In this document: positions 24,419 through 35,760 of the stretch, piece by piece
How the letters are laid out: every line of letters starts with the position of its first letter
How positions within the stretch are numbered: the stretch's first letter is position 1
DNA from: Octopus sinensis
Taxonomy: Eukaryota
NCBI RefSeq assembly: GCF_006345805.1
Contig: NC_042997.1
Coordinates: 209,436,001 to 209,500,000 of the forward strand
DNA: 64,000 nt
Reading direction: 5' to 3'
The notes under the pieces: generated by a model
Seen by the model: only the letters and a program-made list of their open reading frames with translations
Database searches by the model: none
What the model was told of the DNA's origin: nothing
Translations under genes and position numbers: made by a program

Positions 24419-24503
24419 CTTAATGAGAGCCAAAGATGGTTGGAAACTTTCGGATTCTTTCTTTAACTGTTTAATGCTTTCTCGAAGATCTTTCTTGATC
24501 TCA
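24419..24503 (-). CDS. MTHFD1: MTHFD1 coding exon 2 (EIKKDLRESIKQLKKESESFQPSLALIK)
   Basis: tttgcag|T GAG...ATT AAG|gtaagg; 85 nt, phase 2 to 0. Confidence 0.92.
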
Positions 24504-25374
24504 CTGCAAACAGAAGAAAATCTCTCTTTGAAACTGAAGGAAATGCTTCCAAACATTGAAGATCTTAACCATTATTAATGGGAATTTATATATAAGCTTT
24601 ACTGGCAGTTTTCTATGTTAAAACAACAACAATAACACACACACACACACACACTTTCTCTTTGTCACTCTCTCTCTCTCACACACACACTTTCTCTTTG
24701 TCACTCTCTCTCTCTCACACACACACACTTTCTCTTTGTCACTCTCTCTCTCTCACACACACACATATTCCCACATGCTTAATCACATATTCATTCACTC
24801 TCATACAGACCCCACCACCACCACCACAAACTCATTATCCCTCCCCCCCACAAGCACCCTCAAACCCTAAGTGGACTGTCCACTTCATTTACAACCAATT
24901 ACACCTCGTTTAGCCATTCCATCGTCCACAATAAGGCAATCACTCATCAACCGATATCTTAATTACGAATATTTTCATTGGTTCATACATCAATACATCC
25001 TTTATTGGCTTACGTGTATCAATACAATCTCTATTGATCTCTAGATATCAATAAAGTCTTTATTGCTTTATGGCTATAAATTCTTCCATTAGTGTTTGTT
25101 CATTTGTGTTTTTTCTATTCCTTCCATGCCAACACACAATGCGTCCACTCTATCACCGATCCACGCTTCCATTGTCGTCTTGACTAATAACTTTACTAAT
25201 CTCTCCATCAATGGTTCCTAGAAACCTGATCTCACATGAAACAATTGCCCGCAAAAGATTAATTTTGTTTCCAATGTCTTTGAGAAATTCACCAAATTAT
25301 CGGATAATCCATTTGTTATAGAAATATATCAATACATCCATCCACAGCCAATACATATAAATAGGAGTTCTTTT

Positions 25375-25799
25375 GGATCTTTTCGGTTTGAACAACAGTT
25401 TTTAAAAATAATTTCAGCGTAACTAAACACTTTTCAACTTCGTATCCTGGTAGAATGTGTTTATAAAACATCTTCTTTCTCTTGGCTTTATTGAGAAAAT
25501 TCCATAGTTTGTAAGATATTTGTTGTTTTTCTTTTCTTCAATTTCTGCAATTTCAGCCTATCAATGACATCTATTTGAGGTGAAAACATTCTGTGCCATA
25601 TGAATATGTCCCTCGTTTAATAAACAGATTGGGTTTATTTACATTTCAGAAGAAAAAAAGATACCCTTCCCCCCACCCCTAACCCTAACCAACCCTAAAA
25701 CAGATTGAAATGCAATAGATTGATACTAGGGTCATAATTATGGCTGACAATTTCATATGACACCGCTAGAAAAAACTGCCGTTCAAACCGAAAAGATCC
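25375..25799. mobile_element. MITE with 29 bp TIRs and an 8 bp TSD
   Basis: TIR GGATCTTTTCGGTTTGAAC(AA/GG)CAGTTTTT (27 of 29 match); TSD GTTCTTTT at 25367-25374 and 25800-25807. Confidence 0.85.
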
Positions 25800-26164
25800 G
25801 TTCTTTTATTGGTTTCAGTCATTTGATTGTGGCCATGCTGGAGCACCGCCTTTAATCGAGCAATCTGTATTAGTACTGAAAATCAAGATCGAGTGAGCTT
25901 TTGCCCTTTTGTTCAACAGTTGGTTTCCAACCCCAGGACTTATTCTTTGTAAGCCTAGTACTTATTCTATCAGTCTCTTTTGCTGAACAGCTAAGTTACG
26001 GAGATGTAACCACATCAACATCAGTTGTCAAGCGATGGTGGGAGGACAAACACAGACACACAAACACATATATATGATGGGCTTCTTTCAGTTTCCATCT
26101 GCCAAATCCACTCACAAGGTTTTGGTTGGCTCGAGGCTCTAAGGTGTTGTTGATAATCACAAAT

Positions 26165-26908
26165 ATACGAGGTCTGACCAAAAAGTATTGGACTGTTGCT
26201 ATGGTAACAGAGCTAAAGTATGCAGATTTGAAGCCACGTGGTACAGATTGATCCTGAACTCTGTCATGTATGCATGCTAAGTTATAATGTTCTCACCTAC
26301 TTGTGTTGTTTATAGCAGGGATAGGACGTAAAGAGTGTAGAACGTGGTTGCCACATGTGTAGGATGTAGTTGCCACATGTGTCCAGTGACTGGCAGAAAT
26401 GTTAGCACGCCGGGCGAAATGCTTGGCGGTATTTCGTCTGCTGTTACATTCTGAGTTCAAATTCCGCTGAGGCCGACTTTGCCTTTCATCCTTTCGGGGT
26501 CGAGTAAATAAGTACCAGTTACGCACTGAGGGTCGATATAATCGACTTAATCCATCTGTCTGTCCTTGTTTGCCCTCTCTGTGTTTAGCCCCTTGTGGGT
26601 AGTAAAGAAATTGGTATTTGTGGGATTTGATATTTGGAAAGAAGGAAAAGTTGCAAGGGGCAACATCTGGAGAATATTGTGGTTCTCAAACCTGGGAAAT
26701 GTTGTGCTTGGCCAAAAACTGGATGCACGCAATTCTTTCCTAAAGCCAGGCTCCACAAACTTTACTTCCAAGCACTGCTATAAGCAATGAAAGTGTGTGA
26801 GGACATAATAACTCAGTGTGAATGCATGGCAGAGAGTTAGAGGCCAATCTGTGCCAAATGGTTTGTTACCATAGCAACAGTCTCCATACCTTTTGACCAG
26901 ATCTCCTA
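26165..26908. mobile_element. Non-autonomous mariner of the same long-TIR family, with a nested SINE
   Basis: Left end tacgaggtctgaccaaaaagtattggactgttgctatggtaac; right end gttaccatagcaacagtctccataccttttgaccagatctcc; shares arms with 31545-32378. Confidence 0.7.
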
Positions 26909-28210
26909 AAACATGAAGTGAGGAAAGATATTCCAGTAACGGTCAACAAGCATTTGTTATTGTTGAGGATCATCATCATCATCACCATCATATTAATATT
27001 TCACCACAATGACTCCTGTGTGTAGAATTGAAGCATATTCACTACCAAACACCATTCCACATCTTACATACACCACATGTGGTCCTCCACATTCACTGTC
27101 CATGTTTCACTATCAAACACCACATGTAGTCCTTTACATTCACTGTCCACGTTTGACTAATCAAACACCATGACAAATGTTTCAACAACATCCTCCATCC
27201 CATTCAAAGTTCAAACTGCTGTCACCACTGTTGAGTCCACAAGAATACAACAGAGCTTCTACATGGCTGCTTTACCTGCAAGAAATAGAAGCCAAACCTC
27301 CCTAAAGCCATACTCGACAGACTTTAAAAGGGAAGACATATTAGATAACGTAGGACAAGATATAAAATCTCTAAAAAAAAAAGAATCAATTGGGATGGAA
27401 TATCCTTGACCATGGGTCTACTTGGCCAGAGCGGACACACAATTTCCTTTGTAGTGTGAAGGAAGGAGTTTAAGCCTGTTGAAATAAGGTGAGTTAAGTC
27501 AGAAATGCCATGTGTTTATCAGGTGATAACATTCATGATAAAAGAAATGAATGGGGAAATGGGGTGTGGAGGGGTGGAAGGTGGTTGCTGCTGGTAAACA
27601 TAATGAAACTAGGTCAAAGTGGTATGGTCATGTGATAAGAAGGGATTGTTACAACTATGTCACTGGTTGGGAGTTTATTGATGTTAGCCACATATTCTTT
27701 TCTACTCTAGGCACAAAGCCTGAAATTTTTGGGTGGTGGTAGTGGTGGGGGCAGTTGATTAGATCGACCCCAAAAGGATGAAAGGTAAAGTCAACCTTGG
27801 CAGAATTTTAACTCAAAATGTGAAGACAGACGAAATACTGCTAAGCATTTCGCCCGGAGTGCTAACAGTTCTGCCAGCTTGCTGCCTTCTGTTAACTACA
27901 AGGCCCAAAATTTTGGGGGAGGTGGGGGACAATCGATGAGATTAACACATGTTTGCAACATGTACTTAATTTATCAACCTCCGAAAGGATGAAAGGCAAA
28001 GTCGACCTCAGAGGAACTTGAACTCAGAACATAAAGTCAGACGAAATAACACTAAGCATTTCGCCCGGCATGCTAACATTTCTGCCAGCTGGAGCTTAAC
28101 TGGCTTTCTAAAATGCTTTTAGGTGACTGAGAACACAAGACTTACTCCTGAACAGGACATCCAGCTCCGTGATGTAGTGTGGTTTGCCAGCACACAGGAC
28201 AAGGCAAGTA

Positions 28211-28606
28211 CAGTAGAACCTTGCATTACGAGTGCCCCATTGTACGAGTAATTTGCTGCACGAGGCGAGGCTCATGCAAATTTATGTCTTGAAGTACAAG
28301 CGGAAATCCGCAGTACGAGCACACAAATCGTCCCATCTTTAAAGAAATTCAGTTAATAAAACCAGTTTACACATTTCTTTTGCATTCGCTTTTTCTATAA
28401 TTGTCATTTTACTTGTAACGACACATTTTCGGTTTTAAAACTGATTAAAAAAAAAATCATTTTTGAGGGGTTTTGTTGGGGGCTGGAATGGATTAATTAT
28501 ATTTTAGTTAATTTCAATAGGGAAAATTGATTTGTAAAACAAGTAAACCATGAGACGAGCTCGGTCATGGAGTGAATTAAACTTGTATTGCGAGGAGGTA
28601 TCACTG
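28211..28606. mobile_element. Tigger/pogo-type MITE
   Basis: TA|cagtagaaccttgcattacgag ... cttgtattgcgaggaggtatcactg|TA. Confidence 0.7.
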
Positions 28607-29544
28607 TATTTTCTTTTGCAGGAAGATGGTTTGCTTTTTTCATTACATCTTTCACACATCTTCACCACCATCCTCTTTCTGTTCAAACTGGGTTCAAACT
28701 GTGTATCTCCCCTACAACAAGTCACCTGATCCTGTCCCCTTATATTTTAACCTCTTGTCACCTAGCATAAAGCAACTCCCTACTCAGTTAAGGGGTCTTG
28801 TCCTGAAAGTTATGTGGTTACCTCACTTGTGGTGGGGTCTCATAAGCAGCACCTGTGCTGATGCCATGTAAAAGGCACCCTGGTACACTCTGTAAAGTGG
28901 TTGGCATAAGGAAGGGTATCCAGCCATAGACATACGCAATACCCTAACCACAAGGTCAAACACACATACCTTCGATTCTTACTCTTTTACTTGTTTCAGT
29001 CATTTGACTGTGGCAATGCTGGAGCACCGCCTTTAGTCGAGCACATCGACCTCAGGACTTATTCTTTGTAAGCCTAGTACTTATTCTATTGGTTTCTTTT
29101 GCCAAACTGCTAAGTTACGTAAACGTAAACACACCACTATCGGTTGTCAAGCGATGTTGGGAGGACAAACACAGACAAACAAACATATACACACACATAC
29201 ATATATATACATATATATGACGGGCTTCTTTCAGTTTCAGTCTACCAAATCCATCCACAAGGCTTTGGTCAGCCCGCGGCTGTAGTAGAAGACACTTGCC
29301 CAAGGTGCCACACAGTGGGACTGAACCCGGAACCATGTGGTTCGTAAGCAAGCTACTGACCACACAGCCACTCCTACACCTACGAGTGTGTATAAATGTG
29401 TGATGTAAATACAAAATTAATTCAACCTCATTAGTCTCATCAAAGCTAATTGACCTGAGAAAATCAAATTTCAAACTTATAATGATGATGATGTTGTTGT
29501 TTAGCCCCAGGCCAGCTCTGATCAAGCAAATATATGTTTTGATC

Positions 29545-29950
29545 CAGTTCTATATTTAAGAGATGAGGAATTATTTACATTATTTAACATTTGCCGGATA
29601 TTTGTCCTCATCTTGTTTGTTATTAACACAACATTTCGGCTGATATACCCTCCAGCCTTCATCAGGTGTCTTGGGGAAATTTCGAACCTGGGTTCTTATT
29701 CCTAAAGTATTTTTCGATGTTATTATTAACTTATGCCCATGGGCTACTAACCCCATGGTTCTGAGTTTAATTCCAAGCAATGGCTTGAATAATAATAACA
29801 ACATCAAAAAATACCTTAGGAATGAGAACCTAGGTTTGAAATTTCCCCAAGACACCTGATGAAGGCTGGAGGGTATATCAACCAAAACATTGTGTTAACA
29901 ACAAACAAGATGAGGATAAATATCCGTAAAATGTAAATAATGTAAATAAG
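29545..29950. mobile_element. Inverted cassette of the tRNA-headed, hammerhead-bearing repeat
   Basis: Arms about 29545-29727 and 29791-29949 are inverted copies with a tRNA-like B-box fragment between them; minus-strand motif GACAC CUGAUGA a GGCUG..CAGCC GAAA(U) GUU GUGUU at 29625-29670. Confidence 0.7.
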
Positions 29951-31544
29951 GTAAATGTTTTGGTCATCCCACCTTTAGCCTTTCGGCATTTAAACTGACC
30001 ACTTCCAGCCCAAATATTCTTCTTGTTTTATGCTCAAATTACCCAGGTCTGGCTTGTCACGCCCACCCTATAATGTCATTCTAGAAGCAAACAATCATAT
30101 CAAAATCTCAAAGCTATGAGATAAATCCATGATTAATTCAAATCAATGTGAATAAATGAGAAACAGATTTGACAAAATAATCTGAATGCCAAAGGGTTGA
30201 GACATTCTGAAGTGGGGATGAGGAATTCCGTAATGGAGGAGGAGGAGGAATGGGAAGAGGGAAGAAAGGAAGAAAGGAAGGTTAGAGAAAAGGAAATAAA
30301 AAAGAACAAGGTGTGGAAATATTGTAATTAATAATATTGTAATTAATGATCTGAAATAATCACTTAAAATACTTTAATTCTCAGACAGCGTATAGGGGTG
30401 GGGTGGTGTCTTGGAATCTAATAAATTCCGAAAGATGTTTGAACAAGGAATAACTGTGAAGTAGATTAGTGTCATAGTAAGTATATATACACATCATAGT
30501 ACGTGTGTGTAGTCAGATTGAATGGAGATGTTAGTCAGAATATATACATGCACCATGCACACAGATAACATCATTGTCATCATTTTGATATCCATGATGG
30601 CCCCTGTGCCGATGGTACATAAAAAGCACCCACTACACTCACGGAGTGGTTGGCATTAGGAAGGGCATCCAGCTGTAGAAACATTGCCAGATAAGACTGG
30701 AGCCTGCTGCAGCCTCCTGGCTTCCCAGATCCCCGGTCGAACCGTCCAACCCATGCTAGCATGGAGAACGGACGTTAAACGATGATGATGATGATGATGT
30801 TTCCATTCTTGCATGGGTCAGGCAAAGTTTACTAAGACAGATTTCCAGCGAGCGGATGCCCTTCCTGTCACTAACCCTTACTTAATTCCAAGCTTTTGCA
30901 GAATATGGGAAATGAATAATTGCATGACAGTGACAATCATTTCCACTAATTAAATGAACTTTGGACTAATTGCTGCCAACACTGACCAACACAAGTTTCC
31001 TTGCCTTTCCAGATTTTACCCCAGATATATCATATCAAGATAAATGTCAAGATGGTCATAGCTGGAACCCAATTATAGGCTGAATAAAAACCAATTAAGG
31101 TTGTTCATCATTTTTTTTTTGTCAATAGAAAAATAAATTTGACAAAGGTAAACTTGGGTGCATCCTACGTCGGTTTCCAGGTTTTAAATCATAACTTGAC
31201 AGGGAGTTGTCTTGGTTCCCTATCGACAGGTCCCTCATATGAAATAAAGTGTTACTCATGGTATGCAAGTCAGTAGCCCCTGTTGTGTATATAAACAGAT
31301 TGGTTCCTTGTTCTCCTATGATTGATCAAGTGATACAGACACGTCTGATGAGACCCAAATAAGGGCTGAAACTCAATCCTTTAGCATTCAGATTAATTAT
31401 TCTTTTAAATGTAAGGCTCAGTTAATTACACAGTTTTTGAATTAATCATGTATTATCTTGTAGTTTCAATATTTCAATGATATGATTGTATATTTTTACA
31501 ATGATGTTGTAGGGTAGGCGTGAAAAGCCAGATGAGTTTGGACA

Positions 31545-32378
31545 CAAAGCATGCAGAGTGAATCCACTTGGCACAGATTGACCTTGAACTCTGCTGTGCA
31601 TGTGCACTAAGTTTTAACGTTCTGACTCACTTCTGCTGTTTACAGCAATGCTTGGAAGGAAGGTGTGTAGCATGCGATTGTCATATTGACCATGACAGAG
31701 AAAGTTGTCATGGTGATACCTTCTCAGAGGTCTATGCAAAGTTGCAGAAAGTGTATGAGCCACACACAAGTGTATGAGAGGTTCAGACATTTCCAAAACG
31801 GCCACAAATGTCCCGATATTGACAAACATTCTGAGAGACCCACAACTAGCAGAACTGAGAAAAACATCACAGATGTGTGTGCAGCTGTGAGGGGAAATTG
31901 TTGAATCACCATCCGTGAGTTATCAGAGAATGTGCAGATTAGTTATGGTTCAGTTCACTCCATTATCCTTGAAGATTTGGGTACGAGATGCATGTCTACC
32001 AAGTTTGTGCCAAAACTCCTTTCAGCTGACCAAAAGAATGTCCAGGTTTCAGTTGCCCAAGATCTGCTTGATTGTATTGAGAATGATGAAAACTTTTTGA
32101 ATACTTCTGAGCAGGTATTGTCAAGCTTTTGGTGAAATTTGATGCAGATTTTCTGCTCAACTTTCTATCATAGTCAATGCGATGATCACACGCTACACAT
32201 GTTCCTTCCAAGCTGTGCTGTAAACAATGGAAGCGAGCTAGAATGTTAAAACTTAGTGCACATTCACAGCAGAGCCCAAGGTCAACCTGTGCCAAGCGGC
32301 TTCACTCTGTGTCCTTTAGCTTCATTACTATAGCAACAGTCCAGATACTTATTGATCAGACCACGTATATGCTAAAGG
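31545..32378 (+). mobile_element. Internally deleted mariner transposon with long inverted ends and a transposase N-terminal relic
   Basis: TFSEVYAKLQKVY..QVYERFRHFQNG..SERPTTS..TIRELSE..ISYGSVHSIILEDLG..KFVPKLLSADQK (mariner HTH region); about 31545-31705 is inverted relative to about 32157-32315; right end gatcagaccacgtata. Confidence 0.85.
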
Positions 32379-32769
32379 GTAAAAGCTGTCTACAATTTTT
32401 TCAGTCCAGGGAAATACAAGAAAATTTGACATTTTTTCTATATCTGCTACATAGATTTACATGTATCAGACATAGCTGGGACTGACCCAGGGCTAAACAA
32501 TAACCTATTAAAACACTTTGATCTTTACACTCAGGTGAAAAAACAACAATGCTATTATCTGAGTAGAAAAAACAAATTAACAAAAGATATTTGTCATTTA
32601 AAACATTTTCAATTAATTCCTCCTGTTTATCCAAGACCGAAAGTTGAATTTCTGGTTTTGATGCAAGCTTCTTCTTTTTTTTTGTTTTTTTGTTATTGCT
32701 GTATGTGTCAATCTATTTCCTGTTAACAGATTGTTAACATGATTGCACAAAATATACACAAGTTTTCTC

Positions 32770-33197
32770 TAACTAAAGATATATATATATATATACATAC
32801 ATATATATATATATATATATAAAGCTGAAGTTGTCTGTGTATGGCGGGTTTGGTAGCCTTCAACTAACACTATCTCCTCTGAGACCCTGCGGCGCAAGTT
32901 GACCAAAATTGACAGTATGATAGAAGACTTGCTCTTCCTTCCGTAGAAGATAAAATTCAAATTGGACCATGTTAACACCAAAAATTATTTACATCAAAAC
33001 GGTGCTTTTTTTCTATGAAAATCCCTATTTTTTACGATAAATTTGACTGCTGTGTCGCCATTTTTCAGTGTATTTCAACCAGAAAAATGTTCACTTAAAG
33101 AGAATAACAAGCTACGTAATGCAAAATTTTTACTTTTCAAAAATTCCAATTCTAAAGAATCGAAACAAACCCGAGCAATGCCTGGTGATACTGCTAG
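32770..33197 (+). mobile_element. Non-autonomous Helitron-type element, second copy
   Basis: Ends cccgagcaatgcctggtgatactgCTAG; highly similar to 47793-48183 (ORF-track peptides 33043..33327 and 47786..48019 are near-identical). Confidence 0.75.
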
Positions 33198-34619
33198 AAT
33201 ATATATATATTGTGGAGTCTCTAAACTGCTGGGAAAGCCTGTGTTTAGCTACACTCACACACAGGTTAACCCATTGCTATTCAGATTATTTTGTCCCATG
33301 AAATGTTGTTTATTCCCATTGCTTTGATCCGAGCTTCGAGATTTTGATGATGTGATTGTTTACTTCCAGAATGACATTATAGGGTAGGTGTGAGAGGCTG
33401 GATCAGGCCAGTTTGAACTTAAAACGTGTAGAATATTTGGGCTAGACCTGGCTGGCTAAAATGCCAAGGGGTTAAGCCATCAAAAGTGGACACTTGTTAT
33501 TTTGCTCTTCTCCAACAGTCCACAATATTACAAAAGATGTCAACACATCCAGGTTTTCAGGTTAACCACAGAACCACGAGTCCTGATCTCCCCACCCCCA
33601 CTAAACATGCGGATTTTCTATCTAGTATCAGAAATACATTATACAACACTAGAGGGCGCTGTGCAATAGCAGAAATTATAGGATAAACCACAATTATTAA
33701 TAGTATTTATTTCCAGGTGTCTATTCTTTTATTCTTTTACTCTTTTACTTGTTTCAGTCATTTGACTGCGGCCATGCTGGAGCACCACCCTTTTAGTCGA
33801 GCAAATTGACACCAGGATTTATTCTTTGTACACCTAGTACTTATTCTATCGGTCTCTTTAGCCAAAATGCTAAGCTACGGGGACATAAACACACCAACAT
33901 TGGTTGTCAGGTGATGGTGAGAAGACAAACACAGACACACAAACAAACATATACATATATATATATATATATACACACACACATATATATATGGTGGGCT
34001 TCTTTCAGTTTCCATCTACCAAATCTACTCACGAGGCTTTGGTTGACCGAAAGCTTTAGTAGAAGACACTTGCCCAAGGTGCCATGCAGTGGGACTGAAC
34101 CCAGAACCATGTGGTTGGGAAACAAGCTTCTTACCACACAGCCACTCCTGCACCTATGTTTGTTATTAAAATTTCACCAGTGTGCACCTGGCCCCTCATT
34201 CTTCTGGAACTGATCAAGTACCAGTCATATACCAAGGACAACAATATACACAATGTCCACCCCTCACATTACATTGTATGCAAGACTTACCATCTTGGAA
34301 ATGGTGAGGTGATGTTGCTGACCGAGAGGGACTATAATCAAAGACATTCCAGCCATGACCACCACAACCTTTTTCAGAGATAAATCTAGGACTACATTAT
34401 TGAGTGTGCCCTTTTGTTTTCTAAAGCAGTAGGGGTGCAATGTGAGAGAAGATTTGAGTGTGATTTCAAATGGGTCCAAACGACCTTGTAGATGCTTGCT
34501 TCTTTGTTTGATGAGCTGTACTTATATATGGCACTTATTAGCAGCTAGATAGACTGAGCCAGCAAGAAACAGATTTCTTAGTCATGGCTATAGTAGAGTA
34601 AGAATGTTAAATTAGAACT

Positions 34620-35170
34620 GTGCCGCTGACACACCCAAGCCAGTGGAATGTAAAAATCACCATTCGAGAGTAGTCATTGCCAGTGCCACCTGATTGGCTC
34701 CTGTGCCAGTGACATGTAAAAAGCACCATTCAAGCATGGCTGATGCCAGTGCCACCTGACTGGCCCTCGTGCTGGTGGCACCTAAAAAGCACCATTCGAG
34801 TGCAGTTGATGCCAGTGCCACCTGACTGGTCCTTGAGCTGGTAACACATAAAAAGCACCATTCAAGCGTGGCTGATGCCAGTGCCACCTGACTGGCCCTC
34901 GGGCCGATGGCACATAAAAAGCACCATTCAAGTGTGGCTGATGCCAGTACCACCTGACTGGCTACTGTGCCGGTGGGACATATAAAGCACCCACTACACT
35001 CTCAGAGTGGTTGGTGTTAGGAAGAGCATCCAGCCGTAGAAACATTGTCAGATCGGATTGGAGCCTGGTGTGGCCTTCTGGCTCTCCAGCACTCAGTCAC
35101 TGTCCAACCCATGCCAGCATGGAAAGCAGACGTTAAATGACGATGATGATGATGATGATGATGATGATGA
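34620..35170 (+). repeat. RTE 3' UTR fragment with about 5 tandem units of about 60 bp and a (GAT)n tail
   Basis: Unit accattcgag..gccagtgccacctgactggc..gtgccggtggcacataaaaagc; ends gttaaatgacgatgatgat. Confidence 0.8.
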
Positions 35171-35404
35171 CCTTTCAGTCAATAGATGGATCAAGTGTCT
35201 CTAAGTGTTTTGTGACATTGGGTCAATGGGCAACTGCGACAACTACAACAACAATTATAGTTTTCACACAAACTGACTCTGATAGACATGCTGACATTTC
35301 AGAATCAGACACACACACACACAAATGCACACATATCCCACGACACACACATTTGAAAGTGAACATGTGTTTATGTGTGTTTTATGAAATAGCTGCATAA
35401 CAAG

Positions 35405-35411
35405 GTAGTTA

Positions 35412-35442
<31 letters not shown>

Positions 35443-35760
35443 AGAGGGGGAGATGAGAGAGGGAGAGATATGGGGATAGAGTAGGGGAGACGGGGAGGAG
35501 AGAAAGGGAAGAGAGAGGAGTGAGAGAAAGGGAGGGGAGAGGGAAAGAGAGAAGGAGGGGAGAGAAAGAGAGAGGGGAGAGAGAAAGAGAGAGAGGGGAG
35601 AGAAAGAAAAAGGGAGAGAGAAAGAGAGAGAGGGGAGAGAGGGGTGGATAGATGGGGATAGAGTAGGGGAGAGAGGGAGGAGAGAAAGAGAGGGGAGAGA
35701 GAGAAAGAGAGAGGGAGAGAGAAAGAGAGAAAGAGAGAGGGGAGAGAGAGAGAAGGAGTA
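35405..35760. repeat. Polypurine (GA/GGA) tract of about 350 bp
   Basis: Almost only G and A on the plus strand. Confidence 0.9.

Noticed and set aside
28147-28205. Exon-like segment with a gtaagt donor on the minus strand
   Set aside because: No acceptor or start, no similarity to FolD, and it abuts a Tigger MITE.
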